From an uncultured Acidobacteriota bacterium (lineage in GTDB: Bacteria; Acidobacteriota; Thermoanaerobaculia; Thermoanaerobaculales; Sulfomarinibacteraceae), in contig CAVQPK010000007.1 of NCBI GenBank assembly GCA_963714745.1, positions 135,959-199,958 of the forward strand: a stretch of 64,000 bases of DNA, written 5' to 3'. The notes beneath the pieces were generated by a model. The model ran no database searches and had not been told where the DNA came from. It saw only the letters and a program-made list of their open reading frames with translations. The first letter of the stretch is position 1, and each line of letters begins with the position of its first letter. Positions 8,583-16,844 of this stretch are shown one piece after another. The translations under genes and the position numbers were made by a program.

Positions 8583-10085
8583 CTAGAGGTTGGGGTTGCG
8601 CGCCATGGTCCGCAGACGACGGACCCGCTTGTCGCCGTCGAGCTCGGTGAGCCGCTCCGCAGCGCGCTCGTCGTCAGGGTCAGCGGTCAGTGCCAGCTGG
8701 AGGGCGCGACGCTCGCGGTCGACATTCCGGCGCCGGCGCCAGAAGGACGCCAGCTCGAGCCAGCCGTCGACCATGCCCGGGTCGAGCTCGAGCGCCTGCT
8801 TGAGCCGCGCCAGCGCCCGCTCCGACCACATCGGGTTGGCGAGCATCAGCCGCGCCAGCGTGAGCAGCGGCACCGGTTGCGGGTCGAGGTTGCATGCCGC
8901 CTCGAGCAGGGTGTAGGCGGTGTGGCGGTCGCCGGCGCGCAGCGCCTCCTCGGCCCGCCGCAGGTTGGCCCCGACGATCTCACGTCGTGCTATGTCCTGG
9001 CTCTGTGTCGCCGAGTCGCCTTCGCTCGTCGTGTCGACCCGGGGAACCGGGCGGCGGTCGGCGGGGCGAACCCGGTCGTATCGGACCCTCGACGATGGGT
9101 CGAACAGGGTCTGGTAGGCCATCCGCAGCTTTTCGGAGGCCTGCTCGAGAGCCTCGCCGAGATCGGCGAGGTGACCCTCGCGCGCCGCTCGCCCGGGGTC
9201 GAAGAACGCGCGCTGCCGCTCCCAAGCCTGCTCGATCGTGGTGTAGGACGAGCCGCGTGGAATGCCCAGCATCGCGTAGTGGTCGCCGCTCGGCGCCCGG
9301 GTGTGGAAGCTGACGATCGCCGCCCGCTCGGCCAGCTCGGAGTTGGACAGCCGTGCGCGCTCGGCGCGATTCCCGTTGATCTCGACCAGGGCGCCGCAGA
9401 GCACGAACGGCGCGACGAGGGCGCCCAGCCGCACGCGGTCGAGCTCGGTGTCTCGGATCACCTGGTCGAGGTCGGCTCCGCTGCCGAACGAGCCGAGCGC
9501 CCGCAGCTCCTCCTCGGTCGGGTCGAGGTCGCGGGCGATGTCTTCGGAGCTCCCGTTGAGACGCCACCTGCGGCCGGAGCTCATCAGCTGTGAGATCTCG
9601 CCGTTCTGGGGGAGCTCGCGCGCGGCCGCCAGGATGAGGCGGGCAGTGGCGCGGTCGGGCAGCTCGCCGCCGCCGGCCCGCCCGCCGGGATGGAACTCGA
9701 GGTGATCGCGCACCGCAGACGTGGCGCGGCGAACGATCGTCTTGGACAGAGCCTCGACCTCGTGGACGAGGGTCGGCCCGTCGATCAGATCGCGGTCGAG
9801 GAGAAGGCGGCCGAGCAGAACCGAAGGGTCGCCGGCCTGGGCCAGCAGCGCGAGGGCGACCTCCTCGGCACCGAGCCGGCCGCGTTGGGTCAACCACTCG
9901 CCGAGATGTTCGTCGTGACGATCGGAGCGGGTCGCCCGGATGAAGCCGGCCTCGAAGACCAGCTCCCGCCGGACGTCGGTCGAGACCACCGAGAGAGCGC
10001 CAGTGACCTCCTGGTCGCGCAGCTCCGCGAGGATCTTCGGCAGTGGCCGCTGGTCTTTGGGGGCGAAGTCGGGGAGCGAGGACAT
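8583..10085 (-). CDS. DUF4388 (PatA-N-like) / degenerate J-domain / TPR protein
   Basis: ORF 8583..10085(-). N-terminal ...VTGALSVVSTDVRRELVFEAGFIRATRSD...LGEWL... (DUF4388-like). A central J-like segment DHYAMLGIPRGSSYTTIEQAWERQRAFFDPGRA...AYQTLFDPSSRVRYDR. A TPR-like C-terminus. Confidence 0.75.
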   Translation of the reverse strand: MSSLPDFAPKDQRPLPKILAELRDQEVTGALSVVSTDVRRELVFEAGFIRATRSDRHDEHLGEWLTQRGRLGAEEVALALLAQAGDPSVLLGRLLLDRDLIDGPTLVHEVEALSKTIVRRATSAVRDHLEFHPGGRAGGGELPDRATARLILAAARELPQNGEISQLMSSGRRWRLNGSSEDIARDLDPTEEELRALGSFGSGADLDQVIRDTELDRVRLGALVAPFVLCGALVEINGNRAERARLSNSELAERAAIVSFHTRAPSGDHYAMLGIPRGSSYTTIEQAWERQRAFFDPGRAAREGHLADLGEALEQASEKLRMAYQTLFDPSSRVRYDRVRPADRRPVPRVDTTSEGDSATQSQDIARREIVGANLRRAEEALRAGDRHTAYTLLEAACNLDPQPVPLLTLARLMLANPMWSERALARLKQALELDPGMVDGWLELASFWRRRRNVDRERRALQLALTADPDDERAAERLTELDGDKRVRRLRTMARNPNL

Positions 10086-10226
10086 CGGGCGACTTCTCCC
10101 TTCAGGAATGCAGACCGAGTCTCGATTCTGGTTGGTACGACAACGGTGCGCCGGCGGGAATTCCCGCGAGCGCGGTGTATCGCCGACCGCAGCAGCTGTC
10201 TGTTGAAGGATGCGGGCTACACGCCG

Positions 10227-11399
10227 CTACAGCTCCCGCAGGGCCGAGGCCACCGGAAGGCGGGCCGCGCGCAGGGCCGGCAGCAGCCCCCCCACTGTGC
10301 CCATCAGCAGCGCGAAAGCGAACCCGATCGCGAGCAGCGAGGGGGTCACCCGGAACGCGAACGCGAGATGGGAGAAGGTCTGCCAGTTGATGGTGCCGGT
10401 GGTGAAGCCGTTGACCGGCAGCACCGCCAGGCAGCCGAGCACTCCGCCGGCGGCCGCGATCAACAACGATTCGAACAGGAAGGAGAGCACCACGCTGGCG
10501 CCGCCGAAGCCGAGCGCGCGCAGGGTGGCGATCTCCCGTGCCCGGGCGGCCACCGCCGAGTACATCGTATTGAGGGCCCCGAACACCGCCCCGATGCCCA
10601 TCACGATCGCGACCAGGAAGCCGAGGGTCATGATCAGTGCCGAGACCGCTCGCGACTGCTTGGCGTAGTACTCGCGCTCCCGGCTGGCCTGCACGGTCAG
10701 GCGGGGGTCGGCGGTGAGCCGGTCCTTGAAGGCGGGGAACAGGTCGGCGGTTCCGAGCCGCGCGGTGACCGACTGGAAGATGTTCTCCGGCCGCCTGAAT
10801 GCCTGGTTGAGCACCGCAGCGTCGCACCACAGCTCGGAGTCGAAGGCCGAGCCGCCGGCGTCGAGCACCCCGACCACGGTCCAGCTCTGGCCGCCGAAGT
10901 CGAGCCGCTGGCCGAGGCCGACGCCGCGGTAGATCGTGGCCGCGTTCTTTCCCACCACCACCTCTGCAGTGCCGGGGTTGAACTTCCGGCCCGCGACCAC
11001 CCTGACGCCCTCGCGCACGTCGAAGGTCCTCGACGACACGCCGCGAATCTGGACGTTGGCGTCGGTCCCGCTGGCGGCGAGGGGGAACGCGCCGATCACC
11101 ACCACCTCGGCGCTGACCAGCGGCGCCCCGTCGGCGGTCCGGGCCACCTCCGGCGCGTCGCCGATCACCTTGACCTGCTCCAGCGTCACCGCGCTGACCA
11201 TCTCCGAGTCGGCACCGGAGCGCAGCACGATCGCGTTGGCTGGAGACCCGGACGCCACCAGGGTGGCCTGGAAGCCGCGCGCCATCGACAGCATCGCCAC
11301 GAACACGCCGACCGTCCCGGCGATGCCGAGCACGGCGACGAGAGCAGCCGGCCACCGGACCATCACGCTGCGGGCGTTGTACGAGATCGGGATCGCCAT
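10227..11399 (-). CDS. ABC transporter permease, FtsX/MacB-type (permease 2)
   Basis: C-terminal 390 aa of ORF 10227..11957(-), from MAIPISYNARSVMVRW (ATG 11399-11397). One N-terminal TM helix, a large periplasmic domain, and a C-terminal FtsX 3-TM bundle (...REIATLRALGFGGASVV...). Confidence 0.85.
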   Translation of the reverse strand: MAIPISYNARSVMVRWPAALVAVLGIAGTVGVFVAMLSMARGFQATLVASGSPANAIVLRSGADSEMVSAVTLEQVKVIGDAPEVARTADGAPLVSAEVVVIGAFPLAASGTDANVQIRGVSSRTFDVREGVRVVAGRKFNPGTAEVVVGKNAATIYRGVGLGQRLDFGGQSWTVVGVLDAGGSAFDSELWCDAAVLNQAFRRPENIFQSVTARLGTADLFPAFKDRLTADPRLTVQASREREYYAKQSRAVSALIMTLGFLVAIVMGIGAVFGALNTMYSAVAARAREIATLRALGFGGASVVLSFLFESLLIAAAGGVLGCLAVLPVNGFTTGTINWQTFSHLAFAFRVTPSLLAIGFAFALLMGTVGGLLPALRAARLPVASALREL

Positions 11400-11401
11400 C
11401 G

Positions 11402-12541
11402 TCACACCCTCCGCAGCGCGTCGACGATCGTGAGCCGCATCGCGGTCAGCGCCGGCACGACGCCGGCGGCGAGACCGACCGTGATCGCGAGCACCATCCC
11501 GAGGGCGATCTTCTCCGGCGCCAGGTAGAACAGCGGGAGCATGCCGCCGGTGGGGTCGCCGCGCAGGGTGAAGGCCTTGGCGAGGCCGAGCCCGAGCGCG
11601 CCGCCGGCGGTGGCGAGTGCGAGCGACTCGGCCAGCACCAGCGCCAGGACGCCGCGGTCGGAAAAGCCGAGGGTCTTGATCACGCCCAGCTCGGCGGTGC
11701 GCTCCCGCACCGCCATCGCCATCGTATTGGCGGTCACCAGCAGCAGGGTGAACATGACCACCGCGCCGATCGACAACACGATGAAACGGATGTTGCCGAT
11801 CTGGCGGGCGAAGCCGGCGGCGAAGGCCTTCTCGGTCTCGGTCGAGGTCTCCCAGGGCGAGTTGGCGAACCGGGCGTCCACCGCCTCGGCCACCTCCACC
11901 GCGTGGTCCGAGTCGTCCACCTCGACCACGTACCAGCCGACCATGCCCTTGCCCCATGGCCGCCGCTCCTCCAGGTACTTGCCGTGGAACCAGAACTGGG
12001 AGGTGTCGTCCTCCGGGCGCGCGCCCCGGTAGATGGCGCGCAGGTTGAACTCCCAGGTTCCCGAGAAGATCGTGCCCCGGAGCGGGATCCGGTCGCCGAC
12101 CTCCCAGCCGAAGCGCTTGGCGGTCGCCTCACCGGCCACCGCGCCCTCTCGGTCGGCGAGGAACGCCGCCCACTGGTCGGGCGGCACCACGTACTCCGGG
12201 TAGACCTTGGTCCAGGTCTCGGTGTCGATCGCGAACTGGGGGAAGAAGTTGCGCTCGTCCTGGTAGACCGCCCCGAACCAGCTCGAGTAGGTGACCTCCG
12301 AGACGTGGGGGATCTGGCGCAGGCGCTCCTGGTACGACACCGGCAACGGCATGATCAGCGAGGTCTTGTTCCGGACCACGAGGCGGTCCGCGCCGGCCAC
12401 CTCGACCCCCTGGCTGAGGGCGGTCTCGATGGTGACGAGGAGACCGAAGAGGAAGAGGGCGACGGCGATCGAGCCGATCGTGAGCACCGCCCGCGTCTTC
12501 CTGCGGAACAGGTTGACCAGCACGAAGGGCAGGAACCTCAT
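11402..12541 (-). CDS. ABC transporter permease, FtsX/MacB-type (permease 1)
   Basis: C-terminal 379 aa of ORF 11402..12991(-), from MRFLPFVLVNLFRRKTRAVLT (ATG 12541-12539). Overlaps the ATPase stop by 4 nt. ...RTAELGVIKTLGFSDRGVLALV... is an FtsX motif. Confidence 0.85.
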   Translation of the reverse strand: MRFLPFVLVNLFRRKTRAVLTIGSIAVALFLFGLLVTIETALSQGVEVAGADRLVVRNKTSLIMPLPVSYQERLRQIPHVSEVTYSSWFGAVYQDERNFFPQFAIDTETWTKVYPEYVVPPDQWAAFLADREGAVAGEATAKRFGWEVGDRIPLRGTIFSGTWEFNLRAIYRGARPEDDTSQFWFHGKYLEERRPWGKGMVGWYVVEVDDSDHAVEVAEAVDARFANSPWETSTETEKAFAAGFARQIGNIRFIVLSIGAVVMFTLLLVTANTMAMAVRERTAELGVIKTLGFSDRGVLALVLAESLALATAGGALGLGLAKAFTLRGDPTGGMLPLFYLAPEKIALGMVLAITVGLAAGVVPALTAMRLTIVDALRRV

Positions 12542-13266
12542 GACGCCGCCGTCCCCTCGGCCGCCTCGACCAGCACACCCTTGTCGAGGTGGAGCACCAC
12601 GTCCGCCCGCTCGGCAGCCCTCGGATCGTGGGTGACCATCAGCACGGTCTTGCCGTGCTCGCGGACCAGGGCCTCGATCAGGTCGAGGATCTCGTCGCCG
12701 GCCTTGCGGTCGAGGTCGCCGGTGGGCTCGTCGCAGAGCAGGAAGGTGGGGTCGGTGACGATCGCCCGCGCGATCGCGACCCGCTGCTCCTGGCCGCCGG
12801 AGAGCTGGCGCGGCTTGTGGTCCATACGATCCGCGAGGCCGACCAGGGCGAGCGCGGTCTCGACGTGCCGGCGCCTGTCCGCCCCGCCGAGCCGGGTCAG
12901 CAGCAGCGGCAGCTCGACGTTGCCGAACGCGGTCAGCACGGGAATCAGGTTGTACATCTGGAAGATGAAGCCGACGTGGCGGGCGCGCCACCGGGTGAGG
13001 GCGCGGGACGACATCGAGGTGATCGCGTCGCCGTCGACCGTGACCGTGCCCTCGGAGGGCACGTCGAGGCCGCCGAGCAGGTTGAGCAGGGTGGTCTTGC
13101 CGGAGCCGGAGGGCCCCATGAAGGCCACGAACTCACCCTTGTCGACGTCCAGGTTGAGGCCCTGGAGGACCTCGATGGTCTCGCTGCCGCGCCGGTAGCG
13201 CTTGGTCAGGTTGCGCACCCGGATCAGGCTGCTGCCGTTCGAACGTCCGTCCACGCTGACCATCAC
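12538..13266 (-). CDS. ABC transporter ATP-binding protein (MacB/LolD-like)
   Basis: ORF 12538..13266(-). Walker A GPSGSGKTT, Q-loop, signature LSGGQEQR, Walker B FLLCDEPTGDLD, H-loop MVTHD. Confidence 0.95.
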   Translation of the reverse strand: MMVSVDGRSNGSSLIRVRNLTKRYRRGSETIEVLQGLNLDVDKGEFVAFMGPSGSGKTTLLNLLGGLDVPSEGTVTVDGDAITSMSSRALTRWRARHVGFIFQMYNLIPVLTAFGNVELPLLLTRLGGADRRRHVETALALVGLADRMDHKPRQLSGGQEQRVAIARAIVTDPTFLLCDEPTGDLDRKAGDEILDLIEALVREHGKTVLMVTHDPRAAERADVVLHLDKGVLVEAAEGTAAS

Positions 13267-13346
13267 GCCTCCTCTCGAGCCCGGCCCGCTCCATCACCGT
13301 CACCGGCGACGGGGAGGGTGTCATCCGGTCGATGAGCTCGATGCTG

Positions 13347-14570
13347 CTATCGGACTGTAACCCGATCGCCGTCGCCGAGATTCTCGGGGCCCTCGACCAC
13401 CACCCGCTCGCCGGGCGCCACCCCGGCCAGCACCTCGACGTCGTTGGACAGGGTGCGACCGAGAGTCACGGCGCGACGCTCGACCCTGTCGCCGTTCAGC
13501 ACCCACACCACCGTCCGGTCGTCGTCACGACGGATCGCGCCGGCCGGGAGGATCGCCCGGGCGGCCGGCTGGTCCTCCCCGGCCTCGGGCTCTGGAGCGA
13601 GGAACGAGACCTTGACCCCCATGTCGGGCAGGATCCGCGGGTCGAGCCGGTCGAAGGCGATCCGGACCTTGACCGTCGCCTTCTGCCGGTCGGCGGTCGG
13701 GATCACGGTGCGCACGCTGGCCGGGATCCGCCAGTCCGGATAGGCGTCGAGCACCGCCTCGACCCTCTGGTCCGGCGCGACCTTGGCGATGTAGGACTCG
13801 TTGACGTCGACCTCGACCTCGAGCGAGGCCATGTCGACGATGGTCGAGATCCCGGTCCGGGTGAAGCCGCCCCCCGCCGAGACCGGCGACACCATCTCGC
13901 CGGGCTGGGCGTCCTTGGACACCGCGATGCCGTCGAAGGGCGCCCGGATGGTGTAGTTCTCCAGATCCTGCTCGGACACGGCGAGCTGGGCCTCGGCGGC
14001 CTCCAGGCTGCGCCGTGCCACCTCGAGCCGCGCCCGGAGCGCGGCGACCGCGGTCGCCGCGCTGTCCAGGTCCTGCTCGCCGACCACGCCGTCGGCGGCC
14101 AGCTCCCGGGTGCGCCGGAGGGTCCGCTCGGCATCGACCAGCTCGACCTCGATCTCGTCCAGCGACGCCCGGGCGACGTCGCGGTCGGCGCTGATGGCGG
14201 CGGCGCGACGGCGGGCGTCCGAGTCGTCGAGACGAGCCAGCACCTGGCCCTTGGCGACCTCCATGCCCTCCTCGACCAGCACCTCGGTCACCCGGCCGGT
14301 GATCTTGGCGGCGACCGTCGACCGCCGGCGGGGCGTGACGTAGCCCGAGGCGTTGAGCACGGTGGCGGCGCCGGTCGCCGCCGCCGGCCGGGCGGTCGCC
14401 GTGGTGACCTCTGCCGGCGCGCTGCGCGCGACGAGCGCGATCGTGGCCGCGGCGAGAGCCACGAGCACCAGCGCCGCCACGACGAGGGCGCGGCGCCCCG
14501 ACGGGCGCGGCGCCGTCTCGCGGTCGATCTTCAGGGCACTCAGATCAGGTCGGTCGGGTGACGTGCTCAT
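13347..14570 (-). CDS. efflux periplasmic adaptor (membrane-fusion protein, HlyD/MacA family)
   Basis: ORF 13347..14570(-). N-terminal TM anchor, biotinyl-lipoyl-like ...ASGYVTPRRRSTVAAKITGRVTEVLVEEGMEVAKGQVLARLDD..., a coiled-coil hairpin, and a beta-barrel C-terminus. First gene of the ABC operon. Confidence 0.9.
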   Translation of the reverse strand: MSTSPDRPDLSALKIDRETAPRPSGRRALVVAALVLVALAAATIALVARSAPAEVTTATARPAAATGAATVLNASGYVTPRRRSTVAAKITGRVTEVLVEEGMEVAKGQVLARLDDSDARRRAAAISADRDVARASLDEIEVELVDAERTLRRTRELAADGVVGEQDLDSAATAVAALRARLEVARRSLEAAEAQLAVSEQDLENYTIRAPFDGIAVSKDAQPGEMVSPVSAGGGFTRTGISTIVDMASLEVEVDVNESYIAKVAPDQRVEAVLDAYPDWRIPASVRTVIPTADRQKATVKVRIAFDRLDPRILPDMGVKVSFLAPEPEAGEDQPAARAILPAGAIRRDDDRTVVWVLNGDRVERRAVTLGRTLSNDVEVLAGVAPGERVVVEGPENLGDGDRVTVR

Positions 14571-14622
14571 CCGCGATTCTCCCGGTGGCGTCGGCGGAGT
14601 CTACCACCGCGGGGTGCGACGG

Positions 14623-15015
14623 CTACTCGAGGATGTCGTAGACGACCATGCGCGCGACCAGCGGTCGCAGCACCTCGTCGACGGCTCGCAGGTGATCCGG
14701 ATGGGCGAGGTACGCGGCGAGCGCGTCGGGGTCGGCGAAGGTCATCACGATCCCGAGGTCGAAGGAGTCGTCGACCACGGGCCGGTCGCTCGGCAGCGGA
14801 CCACCGGTCCGGAGCTCGAGCACGCCCGGGAGCCGGGCGAGATCCCGGGTGGTCTTCGCCAGCCGCGCGGCGGCTTCGGCGTCTCCAGGGGTGGCGAGCC
14901 AGCACAGCACCACGTGGTGGACCCGAGGGCCGGAGGGAGGCGGCTCGGGGGACGGGGCGGCACAGCTGACCAAGGACACGAGCAGGATCCCGAGCGCGGT
15001 CCGACGAAGGCTCAC
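14623..15015 (-). CDS. Dabb (stress-responsive A/B-barrel) domain lipoprotein
   Basis: ORF 14623..15015(-). Lipobox LVSC. ...HHVVLCWL...FDLGIVMTFADPDALAAYLAHPDHLRAV... is typical of Dabb. Confidence 0.8.
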   Translation of the reverse strand: MSLRRTALGILLVSLVSCAAPSPEPPPSGPRVHHVVLCWLATPGDAEAAARLAKTTRDLARLPGVLELRTGGPLPSDRPVVDDSFDLGIVMTFADPDALAAYLAHPDHLRAVDEVLRPLVARMVVYDILE

Positions 15016-15476
15016 GTGCCGCTCCCAGGCGACGTGTGACGTGAAACGAAGGAGCGGACCGCCGTGGTTGCCTGCTTCCGGACCGGCTTGGGCAGAGAGT
15101 AGAGGTTGAGGTCCAGCACCTCACCCGACGCGAGCCGGATCCCGAGCGCGTCGTCCCCGGACCAGGCGACGCCCTGGACGTCCTCGGCCCGGACCCGCCG
15201 TGCCTGGATCGCCTCCGGGGGGGCGTAGTCGAACCACCCGTCGCCCACCGCGAGCACCGGCCGTCGCCGAGCGCGCAGCACCGCAGCGAGGTGGAAGACG
15301 ACCAGGATCAGGGCGACCACGGCGACCGCGACCCGGACCAGGGAAGCCACCGGTGGTCCGGGTTCGGTGGCGAGCCGGGCGACCCCGTCGGCTGCCGCGA
15401 CCAGGGCGAGGGCCGAGGCCGCCGCGCCCGTGATCGCATGCGCTGGCCTCGCCGCGAAGGTCATGGTCGCCCGCAT
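15012..15476 (-). CDS. hypothetical membrane protein (2 TM helices plus a small soluble domain)
   Basis: C-terminal 154 aa of ORF 15012..16685(-), from MRATMTFAARP (ATG 15476-15474). Two hydrophobic stretches. The stop overlaps the Dabb start by 4 nt. No family recognised. Confidence 0.5.
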   Translation of the reverse strand: MRATMTFAARPAHAITGAAASALALVAAADGVARLATEPGPPVASLVRVAVAVVALILVVFHLAAVLRARRRPVLAVGDGWFDYAPPEAIQARRVRAEDVQGVAWSGDDALGIRLASGEVLDLNLYSLPKPVRKQATTAVRSFVSRHTSPGSGT

Positions 15477-15572
15477 CGTCTCCTCCCCGGCGGCAGACCC
15501 GAGCCGTCGCGAACGAGTGTACCCGGCCCGGCAAGGAGTGGCTCGCGGAGCCGACCGGTCGCAGGCCCGGGG

Positions 15573-15624
15573 TTGACAGATCGCGGGTATTGCATAATTA
15601 TGCATTTTCCATTCCGAATTCACT
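15573..15624 (+). promoter_or_regulatory. putative arg-operon promoter overlapped by an ARG-box-like operator
   Basis: TTGACA (15573-15578), 17 nt, AATTAT (15596-15601). A perfect 14-bp palindrome TGCATAATTATGCA (15591-15604), followed by a half-site-like AATTCACT (15618-15625). This is the only AT-rich island for kilobases, 40 nt upstream of the argG ATG (RBS GGAGGAGG). Confidence 0.5.
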
Positions 15625-15641
15625 CGGATGGAGGAGGTCCG

Positions 15642-16844
15642 ATGCGGGTGGTGCTGGCGTACTCGGGAGGTCTCGACACCTCGTTCTGCGTCGCCTGGTT
15701 GACCAGGGAGCGCGGGTTCGAGGTCACCACGGTGACCGTCGACACCGGCGGCTTCGAGCGCGCCGAGCTCGACCTGATCGCCCGGCGGGCGCGGGCCGCG
15801 GGGGCGGTCGCCCATCGGGAGGTCGACGCCCGGCAGGCGGTGTGGGACGGGTTCGTGTCGACGCTGATCCGGGGCAACGTGCTGCGCGGCGCGGTCTACC
15901 CGGTCTCGGTGGCGGCCGAGCGGACCCAGCAGGCGGTCGAGGTGGCGCGGGTCGCCCGCGAGCTCAGCGCCGACGCCGTCGCCCACGGCTCGACCGGCGC
16001 CGGTAACGACCAGGTGCGGTTCGACGTCGCATTCCGCGGTGCTGCTGCAACGGTGTGCCGATCGCTCGCGCCGATCCGCGAGCTCGGGCTGACGCGGGAG
16101 CGGGCGATCGCGGCCCTCGAGAGCTGGGGCCTCGAGGTTCCCGAGGGTGCGGGCCGCTACTCGGTCAACCGCGGCCTGTGGGGGACGACCCTCGGCGGCG
16201 GCTGGACCCACGACCCCTGGCAGGGGCCGCCGGAAGACGCCTGGCCCGGCGCCGGTACGGCGTCGTCGCCGGCGCCCGAGGAGCTCGAGATCGGACTGGG
16301 AGCAGGGCCTCCCGGCGGCGCTCGACGGCGCCCTGATGCCGGGCCCGGACCTGGTCGCGGCGCTGGCGGGGCGGCTTGCTCCCCATGGCATCGGGCGCGG
16401 CATCCACCTCGGCGAGACCGTGCTCGGCATCAAGGGCCGGATCGGCTTCGAGGCCGGCGCGGCCATGGTGCTGGTTGCCGCCCACCGCGAGCTGGAGAAG
16501 CTGGTGCTGACCCGGTGGCAGTCGTTCTGGAAGGACCACCTGGCCCAGTTCTGGGGCGACCGCCTGCACGAGGGCCAGGCCTTCGATCCGGTGATGCGCG
16601 ACATCGAGGCGATGATCGCCAGCTCGCAGCGACGGGTCATCGGGGAGACGCGGGTCCGGCTCGCGGCCGGCAGCTTCCTGGTCACCGGCGTGCGCAGCCC
16701 GCACAGCCTGATGGACCCGACGGTGGCCCGCTACGGCGAGAGCAACGCGCTGTGGACCGGCGACGAGGCGCGGGCGTTCGCCAAGGTCGTCGGCGATCCC
16801 GTCGACTGCTCGCGGCGCGGGCGGGGGAGGGTCCGCCGTGGTGA
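15642..16844 (+). pseudogene. argG: argininosuccinate synthase, frame-broken as assembled
   Basis: ATG 15642. MRVVLAYSGGLDTSFCVAWL... (N-type ATP-PPase motif), ...HGSTGAGNDQVRFD.... The frame changes 0>1 near 16293 (PEELEI|DWEQGLPAALDG), 1>2 near 16795 (FAKVVG|IPS) and 2>0 at 16805-16826, reaching the TGA at 16842. Confidence 0.85.

Noticed and set aside
15605-15624. A full second 18-bp ARG box immediately after the palindrome.
   Set aside because: Only the right half (AATTCACT) fits the consensus, the left half does not, and the spacing to box 1 is 18 rather than about 21 bp. It is reported only as a half-site.
16030-16075. Possible additional paired frame shifts in argG (FRGAAATVCRSLAPIREL) and in argD (about 19340-19400 and 19700-19730), where alternative frames read slightly more enzyme-like.
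   Set aside because: The written frame stays open and plausible, and the alternatives would need two or three compensating indels each. That is not demonstrable by eye, so they are not counted among the roughly 20 breaks.
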